A stretch of DNA of 64,000 nucleotides from an uncultured archaeon. Its GTDB lineage: Archaea > Asgardarchaeota > Lokiarchaeia > Sigyniarchaeales > SOKP01. Shown piece by piece: positions 1-10,187 of this stretch. Every line of letters starts with the position of its first letter. The stretch's first letter is position 1. A program made the position numbers and the translations under genes. Below the pieces are notes generated by a model. That model saw only the letters and a list, made by a program, of their open reading frames with translations, had not been told where the DNA came from and ran no database searches. The stretch spans positions 128,001-192,000 of the forward strand of contig CAZALK010000006.1 of NCBI GenBank assembly GCA_964486045.1. The letters are read 5' to 3'.

Positions 1-14
1 TTATAGTTTGAAAA

Positions 15-60
15 TTTATTATTATTATTATTATTATTATTTGTTATTATTATTATTATT
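15..60. repeat. (ATT)n trinucleotide microsatellite, interrupted once
   Basis: tttattattattattattattattatttgttattattattattatt read directly from the sequence. Confidence 0.9.
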
Positions 61-189
61 TCACTCATAGATTTTAATTTCTTAATATCAACCAACTCTT
101 GAAATTTTACTTTATCATCTTTCTTGATGAATATCTTTAATAATCACTTTTTTGTAAAATTTTAATATATTCTAGAGAGAATTTGAATT

Positions 190-1122
190 TTATCCTCCTA
201 TTTGAGCCTTTACTCCGCAAGATTCAACAATTTCCTTAAGTTTTATCATATGGTCCTCACTAGGTGGTTCAACATCTGTAAGGTTATAGTCCATTCCAAT
301 ACGACTGTATGTTTGAGTACCAAATTTATGGTAAGGCAAAAGATCTATTCTTTTAAGATTATCACCTAAATTCAAAGCAAATCTTGCTGTAGCTGTTATG
401 TTGTCATCAGTATCATTAAAACCCGGTATTATGGGGATGCGTATTATCATAGGATTTATCGTAGAAATCTTTTTAGCATTCTCTAAAATAAGTTCATTAG
501 AAACACCAGTTAATTCTTTATGGACAATGGGATCCATATGTTTAATATCTATAAACACGAGGTCCACATACTTAAGGATATTTTCCATATTATTCCATTT
601 TACATAACCGCATGTTTCTATTGCTGTATGTATGTAAATCTGCTTACATCTTTTAAGGAATGCAGAGACAAACTCGGGTTGCATGGTAGGTTCACCGCCA
701 CCAACAGTGACACCACCATTTGATCGTCTATAAAATGGGCTATCCTTATTAACTTCTTGGAATAGTTCCTCAAACGTTATATGATAACCAATAAGTTTCA
801 ATGCCTGATTTGGGCAGGATTCAAGACATTTCCCGCAATATGTACAGAGTTTTCTGTCAATAATTATCTTATCTTCACCAGAAATTGTAATACCATGAAT
901 AGGGCATACATCAACACAGCTACCGCACTTTTTACAATTAAATTCATTATGCATAATTTCAGGTTTTGATTTCTGCGTTTGAGGAGAAGAACACCACAAG
1001 CACTTTAAGGGACATCCCTTCATGTAAACCAGAGTCCGAATTCCGGGACCATCATGGATGGCAAACCTTTGTAAGTCATAAACGAAACCCTTACGTATAG
1101 GTTCATTTTTTGGCTGGACCAT
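190..1122 (-). CDS. Glycyl-radical enzyme activating enzyme (radical SAM, with ferredoxin insert)
   Basis: HDGPGIRT..KGCPLKCLWC radical SAM motif, two CxxCxxCxxxCP motifs, GGEP; next to a GRE. Confidence 0.95.
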   Translation of the reverse strand: MVQPKNEPIRKGFVYDLQRFAIHDGPGIRTLVYMKGCPLKCLWCSSPQTQKSKPEIMHNEFNCKKCGSCVDVCPIHGITISGEDKIIIDRKLCTYCGKCLESCPNQALKLIGYHITFEELFQEVNKDSPFYRRSNGGVTVGGGEPTMQPEFVSAFLKRCKQIYIHTAIETCGYVKWNNMENILKYVDLVFIDIKHMDPIVHKELTGVSNELILENAKKISTINPMIIRIPIIPGFNDTDDNITATARFALNLGDNLKRIDLLPYHKFGTQTYSRIGMDYNLTDVEPPSEDHMIKLKEIVESCGVKAQIGG

Positions 1123-1564
1123 GCTGTTTTACCTCATAATGTAGATAGGATTGTGATGTAAATAAAAAATTAGATAAATCTTTGAGTTTGTTTTATTAAA
1201 GTACTATTTCTAACTTAAATTTTTTTTATTTGAGATAAAGATCTGAAAGATTCCTATAAGATTTATTTCAGATACTGCAATTCTTTGTTTTATTTTATAG
1301 AAATCAATTATTTTTTCAATGCATTTTAACTAAATAGGAAGCATTTTCTTTAATTAATATCCGTCTTTTTGTTTCTTCTATTCCAATCCAATTTCTAAGA
1401 TTAATTCTTTTGTAGACTAAATCTTTACTTCGGAGTGTTCTTTAAATTATTTATTTTCAATTAATGTTCTATTATTTTATTAATAGAGATTTTAATCAGT
1501 GAAAGGAATTTGCGAATAATATAAAAAAAAACAAAGAAATACTAAACTAACCTTTTCATTTCTT

Positions 1565-4003
1565 CTACAGTCGATGTTCCGTTCGAGCGATGATACTGTC
1601 TTGGACTTGCTTATGCAGATCCACAAACCGGGCATTATATCCTGCCACCTTGACGACTAAATCTTTAAACTTTTCTGGATTTTTTTGAGCGGCTTTTAAA
1701 GTCTCAACAGAAACGACATTAATCTGAATATGATCGACTTTTTGATCTACAAAAGCCCTGATAAGGGCTGCTAACCTTTGGATTCCATTATCATTTTCAA
1801 AAACAATTGGATCTAGCTTCATATTCAATGATTGACCAAGTGAAAGTTCTGCGTTATTGATTTTTCCGACAGACTTGAGAACTGATGTGGGACCATTTAT
1901 ATCACTCCCCATTGTTGGAGAGACTCCGTCTGAAACAGGAGCTCCAGAATTTCTTCCTGAAGGTAGTGCCCCCACCATTAAACCGTGAGGTACATACGAT
2001 GACATTGGTACTTGATAGGCATATTTTGTTCCCCCATATGTTGTCTTGTATTTCATCGCTTCCTTTGCGACAAGGTGACTTACCCAGACAACCTGTTCAT
2101 CAGCATAATCATCATCATTGCCAAACTTAGGGGCTTCCAAGCACATTTTATGGATTTCTTCAAACCCTTCAAAATTACTTTCTAGTGCCTGACACAACTG
2201 ATCCATTGTAATCTTTTTTTCATCATACACCAGCTTTTTAATTGCAGCAAGAGAATTGCCCGCATCGACTGTTCCTAATGTAGTAACCGCACCGAGATTG
2301 TATCGCGCACCACCTTCTTCTCTACATTTGCCATTTTCAATGCAATCTTCGGTTAAGGCTGATGTGAAAATGGTTGGTTGAAGCATTTGCTCACCGAGGT
2401 TAGAGGCGACTGCACCTCTTTTCATCTCAAAAACAACTTGCTTACGAAATGCATCTCTTACCTCTTCAAATGATTTAAATTGTTTGGGATCACCTGTCTC
2501 TAATCCTCTTCTTTTACCGAAAATTCTACTCCAACCATTAGTCATCACGAGTTCCGTGGTAAGAGCCAGTAGCTGTGATTGGTTAACTGCCCATCCTCCT
2601 TCCATCGTATGCAAACTGGGTTCATGACAACCCACGCAACCTCCGAATTCCCGCGCCATCTCTAATGTAACCGGTCGTCCTCCAACGGTGGCTCCCCGTC
2701 CGAGAAGATTATTTACCAGAACATCATGATTGATATATTGGGGGTTTCCGCTCCCCACCGAAGTCAGTTGACATGCTTTTATTAGCAGATCATCCGGTGT
2801 TTTACTGTGGACTAAAAGACCGATAGCAGGTTCAACCATCCCAGGAGTATGCATTATTGCCTCGATGAACATGTAAGACAATTCGTTGGTGGCATCTGTT
2901 CCATCGGCTTTTAAACCACCAATATCAACATGATGACCAGGTGTATATTGCGAAATAAATCCTCCTTTCGTCCAAAGACCAAACGACTGAGAAAATCGCA
3001 TAAACCAACAATCAATCAACTCTTGGGCTTGTTCCTTTGTTATTCTTCCCTCTGTTATATCCTTTTCATAGAATGGGTATAAATATTGATCGGCTCTTCC
3101 TAGGCTTATTCCGCCGTGAAATGATAACTCCCATCCGAGCATCATATGAATGAACCAGACTGATTGTAGCGCTTGGTAGAATGAATTTGCTGGATTTGCT
3201 GGAACATTTTCACAGATATCACCAATTTTTAACAGTTCAGCTTTTCTCTTGCCATCCTCTTCCACTTCTGCTAGGGATTTTGCCTTGATCGCAAATCTTT
3301 TCCCGATCTCAGCAGCTGTTTCTAATGCTAGGATAACACCCTGAAGGAAGGGAGCCTTTTTAACCTCTTCCGAATCCGTTAGGTTTAATCTGTCCAATCT
3401 TTCCTCAGCATCTCGTTTTATCCCCAGAAGACCTTTTTTCAGAACTTTTGGGTAGTTAACAACATAATGGTCAACTTTCGGTGATGGAATCGCATATTTT
3501 ATTCCCAATTTCTTTGCCTCTGGAGGTATTGTTGGCATAAAATGATGTTCTTTCCAATAAGGATAGATCTCCTCCCTTAAAATTTTCTTATCTTCATCAT
3601 CAATAAGGAATGGATCGATCGTTCTAGTACTTAGAGAATCTAATTCCTTTTCCAGCCCAAATGCTGTATAAGGAATTGAATAAAAGGGGATTTCAGTACC
3701 CCGTGGCTCAGAAAATAACCACCCCACGAAAAGCTCATCAGGATAAATATTTATCGGTACTCCTTTAACAATTGCGCCAAATGATTTAGCCCGTCGAGTG
3801 ACCAATGGTTCTCCTTCAGTTTCCTTCCTACTTTGGGTTCGATTACGTGCAATATCGATAACTACCTTATTCCGAATGTTCAAATATCGCTGTCTTAGTA
3901 TTTCAACCCTTGGTGATGGTTTTATCGTAAAATGCCTGGCCCACATCGCTGTTGGATTAGCAATGGGTTCTTTAACAATTTGTTCCTTTATTATCTGGAC
4001 CAT
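1565..4003 (-). CDS. Glycyl-radical enzyme (PFL superfamily), substrate unknown
   Basis: SLGRADQYLYP, Cys loop GCVGCHEP, C-terminal Gly-radical motif LVVKVAGYNARF. Confidence 0.93.
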   Translation of the reverse strand: MVQIIKEQIVKEPIANPTAMWARHFTIKPSPRVEILRQRYLNIRNKVVIDIARNRTQSRKETEGEPLVTRRAKSFGAIVKGVPINIYPDELFVGWLFSEPRGTEIPFYSIPYTAFGLEKELDSLSTRTIDPFLIDDEDKKILREEIYPYWKEHHFMPTIPPEAKKLGIKYAIPSPKVDHYVVNYPKVLKKGLLGIKRDAEERLDRLNLTDSEEVKKAPFLQGVILALETAAEIGKRFAIKAKSLAEVEEDGKRKAELLKIGDICENVPANPANSFYQALQSVWFIHMMLGWELSFHGGISLGRADQYLYPFYEKDITEGRITKEQAQELIDCWFMRFSQSFGLWTKGGFISQYTPGHHVDIGGLKADGTDATNELSYMFIEAIMHTPGMVEPAIGLLVHSKTPDDLLIKACQLTSVGSGNPQYINHDVLVNNLLGRGATVGGRPVTLEMAREFGGCVGCHEPSLHTMEGGWAVNQSQLLALTTELVMTNGWSRIFGKRRGLETGDPKQFKSFEEVRDAFRKQVVFEMKRGAVASNLGEQMLQPTIFTSALTEDCIENGKCREEGGARYNLGAVTTLGTVDAGNSLAAIKKLVYDEKKITMDQLCQALESNFEGFEEIHKMCLEAPKFGNDDDYADEQVVWVSHLVAKEAMKYKTTYGGTKYAYQVPMSSYVPHGLMVGALPSGRNSGAPVSDGVSPTMGSDINGPTSVLKSVGKINNAELSLGQSLNMKLDPIVFENDNGIQRLAALIRAFVDQKVDHIQINVVSVETLKAAQKNPEKFKDLVVKVAGYNARFVDLHKQVQDSIIARTEHRL

Positions 4004-4282
4004 ATTCTTTCCTCATTGTGTAGATAGGATGATAGATTTAAATAAAATTAGGTAAATTTTTGATTCTTTAATAATAAAATTACATTACTTACTTAAATCT
4101 TTTTCATATGATTAAAGATTTCAAATGTGATTAAAGTCTCATTACAAACATTAGAATAATAAAATGAAAAAAGATTTTCCCTACGGAAGGTCCACCAATA
4201 ATATTATTCTTGTTGAGATCTTTAAATTTATAAATGTCTAATCCTACTAGGTGTTTGCTTTTATTAGGTGGGGCAAATTTTT

Positions 4283-4888
4283 ATGAGTACAATTCAAGAT
4301 TTTGTGAAGGAAGCAAGCGAGAAATTATCCAAAACGGGAAAGAAAACCGGTTTAATGGTAAGAATTGGAGAAAAAGAGTCATACATCGTTCCTATATTCG
4401 AAACATTCGTCGTGAACCACGCAATAATAAATTTTGAAATCACTGGAGAAATTATAGCAAAATATTTTAGGAGATTAGGACAACAAGAAAGTGGTGGAGG
4501 GAGTAGTGGTCCAAAAGTTTCCGATAGACTAATAAAATATAGGAATAGGTCGGTGTATGTTGCATTGGATCCAGATAAGGAATCAGCCCGTATTAAAAGA
4601 GAAAATGATTCCCCTGAGCCCAAGGAAACGCGGCAAAAACTGAAAGAATCACATTATATGGCAGCAGAATGTATTTTCAAACCAAGTTTAGTAGGGAAAG
4701 ACAGTGAAGCATTAGATGGAGCGATATTGAGTGTGTTAAGCCTGTGTGAAGTTAATTTTAGGCGCGGATTATGTAATAATATCGTGGTATATGGACCAGC
4801 AGTATTCCGTGGGCTAAGTGAGAGATTACAATTAGAAATTCAAAAGAAATTTCAAGGTAAAATAGAAGTTAACGTCTCTAGTCTTTAA
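4283..4888 (+). CDS. Truncated actin-related protein (subdomains 3/4 only)
   Basis: Collinear matches to actin: TGLMVRIGEKESYIVPIFETFVVNHAI, YVALDPDKE, ECIFKPSLVG, CEVNFRRGLCNNIVVYG, GLSERLQLEI. ATG 4283 follows SD-like AGGTGG; the ORF track starts at GTG 4268. Confidence 0.8.
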   Translation: MSTIQDFVKEASEKLSKTGKKTGLMVRIGEKESYIVPIFETFVVNHAIINFEITGEIIAKYFRRLGQQESGGGSSGPKVSDRLIKYRNRSVYVALDPDKESARIKRENDSPEPKETRQKLKESHYMAAECIFKPSLVGKDSEALDGAILSVLSLCEVNFRRGLCNNIVVYGPAVFRGLSERLQLEIQKKFQGKIEVNVSSL

Positions 4889-5117
4889 TTATTTTTTTCC
4901 CATACTCCAACAATTTTTTAGGATTACTCTTTTCTTTAAGGATATTCAAGATAAGATGTATATTCGTTCGAAATATTGCAAAGCATAATATATCAATGAC
5001 TTTAAATAAATTCTCGAAATCTACTTATCTAAGAAATAATTATAAAAAATTAATATACTCCTACAAAATACAGATTAGGTTTATTTTAATTGAAGAAAAG
5101 AATTTAGTAAGAAAAAA

Positions 5118-5978
5118 ATGGTTGAAATTCTAAATGGTTTGGTTCTGAAAGAAGAAATTTTTGAAGATTTAACCAAAAAAATTAAGTTATCAACAGAGGA
5201 ATATGAAAGAGCTCCTGGTCTTGCAACTATTCTTATTGGAGAAGATGAAGCAAGTAAAATGTATATCAGAATGAAACATGAAACATGTAGGAGGTTAGGT
5301 ATATATTCTCTCAACGTGCATCTTCCCATCGAAAGTTCGATAGAGAGTATTAGAGAAAAAATTCAAAAGTTAAATAGAAATGATAATATTGATGGAATTC
5401 TTCTACAACTCCCTCTTCCTCTCAAGTTTAGAAAAGACCTCGATGAATTATTGAACTTAATTTCACCAAATAAGGACGTGGATGGATTAACTCCAAAAAG
5501 TATGGGTTTATGTATGATGGGTGATGAAACTTTTGCTGCGGCTACCCCAAAGGGGATCTTAAAGTTATTGGAAAATGCAGAAATTACAATTGAAGGTAAA
5601 GAAGTTGTTATTATTAATCGGACAACAGTAATAGGTAAACCTCTTGCTATGATGTTCTTAAAAAGGCACGGAACTGTAACAGTATGTCATACGAAAACGA
5701 AAAACCTTGATTTCCATATGAAAAGAGCAGATATCTTGGTATCAGGAACTAGTAACCTTAATTTTATCACTGCTGATAAAATCAAATATGGTGTTGTTAT
5801 CATTGATGCTGGTATTAATAAAAATGCAGAAGGAAAACTATGCGGTGATGTTGATTTTGAGGGAGTCAAGGATAAATGTTCTGCGATTTCTCCAGTTCCT
5901 GGTGGTGTTGGTCCAATGACAATTGCCATGCTTATGCAAAACACACATAACTCATTTCTAAAAAGAATTTCAGCCTGA
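5118..5978 (+). CDS. folD: Bifunctional methylenetetrahydrofolate dehydrogenase/cyclohydrolase
   Basis: PGLATILIG, GILLQLPLP, KDVDG, PVPGGVGPMTIAML motifs. Confidence 0.97.
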   Translation: MVEILNGLVLKEEIFEDLTKKIKLSTEEYERAPGLATILIGEDEASKMYIRMKHETCRRLGIYSLNVHLPIESSIESIREKIQKLNRNDNIDGILLQLPLPLKFRKDLDELLNLISPNKDVDGLTPKSMGLCMMGDETFAAATPKGILKLLENAEITIEGKEVVIINRTTVIGKPLAMMFLKRHGTVTVCHTKTKNLDFHMKRADILVSGTSNLNFITADKIKYGVVIIDAGINKNAEGKLCGDVDFEGVKDKCSAISPVPGGVGPMTIAMLMQNTHNSFLKRISA

Positions 5979-6596
5979 AAAACCTTCTTGGGAGACTAAG
6001 GATTTAATCTTAATATATATTTAAAATTTATATTGGACTTGGATGATCAGATTTGATCCAAAAACGGTGAGAGAAAGAAAAACTAACAAATATTTTTAGG
6101 TTAATAAAATGCATCCAAGATCCCACAATTAAGAAGTCTCATTAGTTTAATAAAGATGCAGGGTGGAATTAGCAAAGGAACTCTTTTTTATACAATAATT
6201 AAACAATGTGAGAAGGAATGGTAAGAGAAAATAGAAAAAATAATAAGGATTTTGACAGATTTATCCATATTTTATTTTGCTTAACTTGACTTTTTACCAT
6301 CCGAATATTTCTGAGGTCACATAAATATATTCATCGAGATTCTTGTTGTTAAATTTCTCGCCGTCTTAATCTTAATCTATATTTTCTTAATTCATCTATT
6401 ACAAACACACTAAAAGCTCCAAGAAAAAGTGCTAGCCAATATTCCCCTCGAAGTAAGGGCACAACATTAAACAAACCTCCAATGGGGGTAAATAATATTA
6501 ATAATTGAGAGAATTACTAATTCAATTTCGAATAAATTGACGGAATTATAAAATTAATAAAAATTAAAGATAAGAGCTAGATTAGATAATTATCTA

Positions 6597-9434
6597 CTAA
6601 GATTTTCTAAGGATTAACATTCCTCTCTTTTTTCGAATTCTCCATTTTCTCAGTTCATCCACTACAGAAACGCTAAACGCAGCAAGGATAAGGGTTATCC
6701 AATAAAACGGATGAAATAAAGGCACAACATGAAATGCGATTCCCATAGGTGTATATAATATAAGGAGCTGTAGCGCTAAAGAAAGACCTGTTGCCCAAAA
6801 TAAATGTTTATTTGGAAATAAGTAAAATGGTTTTATGTTTGAAGTACATGTGTAGACAAACAGTAATTCACAAACAACCAGATTCGTAAATATTATCGTT
6901 TGAGATAACTGGATAGCATAATAGTAAGCATCAGAACCGACTGTTGAGTAAGCCATTGTGAGTTGAGGGTCTATTCCAGCTTGAGCCCAACCAGGGATTA
7001 AAACACTCCATAATAATAAATAGAGAGCGATATCCGTGATAGAAGTATATATCCCTAAGAGAAGAACCGGTCCCTTAATTTCAGGCAATAAAGTAAATCC
7101 TATTCGTGGTTTCTCTTGCATGACATCTGGATCTGTTGGTGTAAGTCCTAACACCATAGCCGGAATTCCATCTGTTGCTATATTAAGCCATAAAATTTGA
7201 ATTGGCTTAACTGGGAGTGCCAGAAATACATTGACAAACAGTTTCATAACAATATATGCCGTAAGAATTAAAAATATTTCATCAAAATTAGTACTTAACA
7301 TATATCTAAAGAAACCTTTAGTGGTCTCGAAGATACCTCTCCCTTCTTCTATAGCATTGACTATTGTTGCATAATTATCATCAATCAATATCATTTCAGA
7401 AGCTTCTTGAGTAACTTCTGTACCCTTTAAGCCCATAGCCACACCTACATGTGCTCCTTTCACAGCGGGGGCATCATTTACGCCATCTCCAGTCATTGAA
7501 ACTACTAAATCTAATTCCTTCAATCTACGTAATATTCTTAATTTATGCTCAGATGTAACTCTAGCAAAAACATCTACCGTTTTTACCCTCTCACGAAGTT
7601 CCTCATCATTCATTTCTTCTAAGTCTATTCCAGTAATTGCTTCTGATGATTCAGTTAAACCAATCTCATGCGCAATCGCAATTGCAGTAATTTTATGATC
7701 ACCTGTAATCATAATTGTTCTAATTCCCGCCATCCTTGCCTCCGCAATTGCATCCTTGACTTCATCCCTAGCTGGATCAATAATACCTGCCAAGCCAAGA
7801 TAAATGTAGTCTTGCTCCATTTCTTCTTCCTTATATCCTTCATTTAATGGTTTATAAGCAATTCCTAAAACTCGTAGCGCATTTTTAGCAAATTCCTCAT
7901 TTTTTCCGAGGATCTTATCTTTTACTTCATTTATTGGTTTTACCTGATCATCATATATAGCATGACTCGCATTATTTAGCAGAATATCTGGGGCACCTTT
8001 TATTAATGAATACAATTTACTATCGATTCTTACTGCAACTGACATCATCTTCCTATCAGAATTAAAGGGTATCTCAGCTAATTTCTCTGATTTGGTGTCA
8101 AGTTCCATTTTCATAGCCAATATTTTCATTGAAATTTCAGTTGGATCCCCAACGACATCAGTATCATTTGTCCCATCATTTCTAAGCGACACATTTGAGT
8201 TATTACAAAACATACACACTTCTAAGTATTTTCTTAAATTATCTGTAATTTGGACCTTTTGACTTTTGTCATCAATAATTTTACCTTCAAGAGCATAACC
8301 TACACCCTCCACGTTATATTCAATACCTCCCATAAAAATCTTTACCACAGTCATTTCATTCTTTGTTAAAGTTCCCGTTTTATCTGAACAAATTACATTC
8401 ACTCTTCCTAATGTCTCGACGGCAGTTAATTTTCTTACTAAAGCATTTCTATCAGCCATTTTACGCATTCCGAGAGACATGACTACTGTAATTACAACGA
8501 TTAAACCTTCAGGAACAGCTGATACCGCTAAACTAATTGATATTTCAAATGCTTCAATTATTTCATCAAGTCCCCCTCCTGGAAAGGCTAGAACTAATAC
8601 AAGCTCAGTTACAAACACTATAGCACATATTATCAATATTAAAATTCCAAGAAGCTTTCCAAATCGATTCACCTCTTTTTGAAAAGGACTAAGCTCAAAT
8701 TCTTCTTCTTGTAAACTTGTCGCAATTTTTCCAATCTCTGTGTTCATACCCGTTCCAATTACGATCCCCTCTCCATTTCCTCTCGTAATAATAGTATTCA
8801 TATATCCGAGGTTAGTTCTATCAGCTAAAATCATTTTCTCCTCAACAGGTTTTATCTGCTTTTTAACTGTTTTTGATTCCCCAGTTAGAATCGCCTCATC
8901 CACATATAACGAAAATTCTTTATGAAATCGAATATCCGCGGGAAATTTGTCTCCTTCTCCTACGAGAACAATATCTCCAGGAACAACCTCTTCAACAGCA
9001 ATTTCTATTACTCTTCCACCTCTACGAACTTTAGCAAAATGAGGTGCTAATTTCTTTAAGCTATCTAAAGATTTCTCTGCCTGGTATTCTTGGTAAAATC
9101 CAAGTACAGCGTTTACAATTAAAATAGCCCCTATTACAAGAGCATCAGTATATTCTGTGGACCAAGTTTCACCTGATGTTGCCGCTTTATATAATCCAAT
9201 TACAATTGATATAATAACTGCAAAAATTAATAAATAGATAAGAAAATCCTTAAATTGTCCTATAAAGATTTGTAATGCTGTCTTTCCTTTTTCTTTTACT
9301 AGCTCATTTCTACCGTATTTTTCAAGTCTAGCTTTTACTTCTACTTCTGTTAATCCTTTATCTGTTGAAGTATTCATTACTTTTAGAACTTCGCTAACAT
9401 CTATAGAATGTGCGTTAATATTTTCCAAGTTCAA
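6597..9434 (-). CDS. P-type cation-transporting ATPase (P2A, Ca2+-type)
   Basis: TGES, PEGL, DKTGTLT, TGD, GDGVND motifs and multiple TM segments. Confidence 0.95.
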   Translation of the reverse strand: MNLENINAHSIDVSEVLKVMNTSTDKGLTEVEVKARLEKYGRNELVKEKGKTALQIFIGQFKDFLIYLLIFAVIISIVIGLYKAATSGETWSTEYTDALVIGAILIVNAVLGFYQEYQAEKSLDSLKKLAPHFAKVRRGGRVIEIAVEEVVPGDIVLVGEGDKFPADIRFHKEFSLYVDEAILTGESKTVKKQIKPVEEKMILADRTNLGYMNTIITRGNGEGIVIGTGMNTEIGKIATSLQEEEFELSPFQKEVNRFGKLLGILILIICAIVFVTELVLVLAFPGGGLDEIIEAFEISISLAVSAVPEGLIVVITVVMSLGMRKMADRNALVRKLTAVETLGRVNVICSDKTGTLTKNEMTVVKIFMGGIEYNVEGVGYALEGKIIDDKSQKVQITDNLRKYLEVCMFCNNSNVSLRNDGTNDTDVVGDPTEISMKILAMKMELDTKSEKLAEIPFNSDRKMMSVAVRIDSKLYSLIKGAPDILLNNASHAIYDDQVKPINEVKDKILGKNEEFAKNALRVLGIAYKPLNEGYKEEEMEQDYIYLGLAGIIDPARDEVKDAIAEARMAGIRTIMITGDHKITAIAIAHEIGLTESSEAITGIDLEEMNDEELRERVKTVDVFARVTSEHKLRILRRLKELDLVVSMTGDGVNDAPAVKGAHVGVAMGLKGTEVTQEASEMILIDDNYATIVNAIEEGRGIFETTKGFFRYMLSTNFDEIFLILTAYIVMKLFVNVFLALPVKPIQILWLNIATDGIPAMVLGLTPTDPDVMQEKPRIGFTLLPEIKGPVLLLGIYTSITDIALYLLLWSVLIPGWAQAGIDPQLTMAYSTVGSDAYYYAIQLSQTIIFTNLVVCELLFVYTCTSNIKPFYLFPNKHLFWATGLSLALQLLILYTPMGIAFHVVPLFHPFYWITLILAAFSVSVVDELRKWRIRKKRGMLILRKS

Positions 9435-9652
9435 TCAATTCTTTTTATTTTCATATTAATTCGGGGATAATTAAAAAAATCTTAAAATTGAATTTTTTTT
9501 AAATTTTTGTTTCGTTATAATATGTTATTTTAGGCGATAAAATAATAAATGTATTATTAAATTATTGTACAAATTCAGTATATTTAAATTTATGATTTTA
9601 CTATAATTTTTGATTTTTATCAAAGATTGACTATCTGATTAGAGTGGAAAAA

Positions 9653-10121
9653 ATGAAAAAAAACAAAGTAGTGTTTATATGTGCCATCAGCGGCATCTTA
9701 ATGTTCTCGTATCCTATAATCGGGATGTTTTTATTTTCGATTGATTTTTTAATCTTATAATTATCTTTTCATATTCCGGTCTTTATGCAGGTTTCTTAAC
9801 ATTATTTGGGGCAATTATTTCAAAGATGGATTATAGTCTTCTTGGCATAGATTATATTAAAATAGGAATAAATTCTATAAGGATTGGAATTATATTAGGG
9901 CTTACTAGTTTAATGGTCTTTATAGTTTTAAGCATATTAAATATTATTTTTTTTGATAGATATTTTATCTAAACGATTATTTTTTTTAGTTTTATATACA
10001 GGATCTTCAATAAAAAGTTCAGTATTATAATATGGGCAGATATGTCAGCATTGAGCATAATCAGTTTATGTGTCTTCATCCCAGATAGTATTATATTCAC
10101 CCCAAATGCTCGGGTTAATTA
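9653..10121 (+). pseudogene. Degraded multi-pass membrane protein gene
   Basis: ATG 9653 opens hydrophobic MKKNKVVFICAISGILMFS..; hydrophobic reading continues in another frame (IIIFSYSGLYAGFLTLFGAII..IGIILGLTSLMVFIVLSIL) and past a TAA. Confidence 0.35.
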
Positions 10122-10187
10122 AACAACTACTAAAATTAATAATTTCTTCTTCATCACAGTGCTATACACCAACTTTTAAAGATTTTA

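Noticed and set aside
1565-4003. Benzylsuccinate/alkylsuccinate synthase assignment
   Set aside because: The Cys-loop motif differs and no small beta/gamma subunits are adjacent.
6100-6270. Possible TetR-like remnant (GGISKGTLFY)
   Set aside because: Too short and too interrupted by stops to support.
9653-10121. BHB introns explaining the broken membrane-protein gene
   Set aside because: No 4-bp helix with 3-nt bulges found at the lesions.
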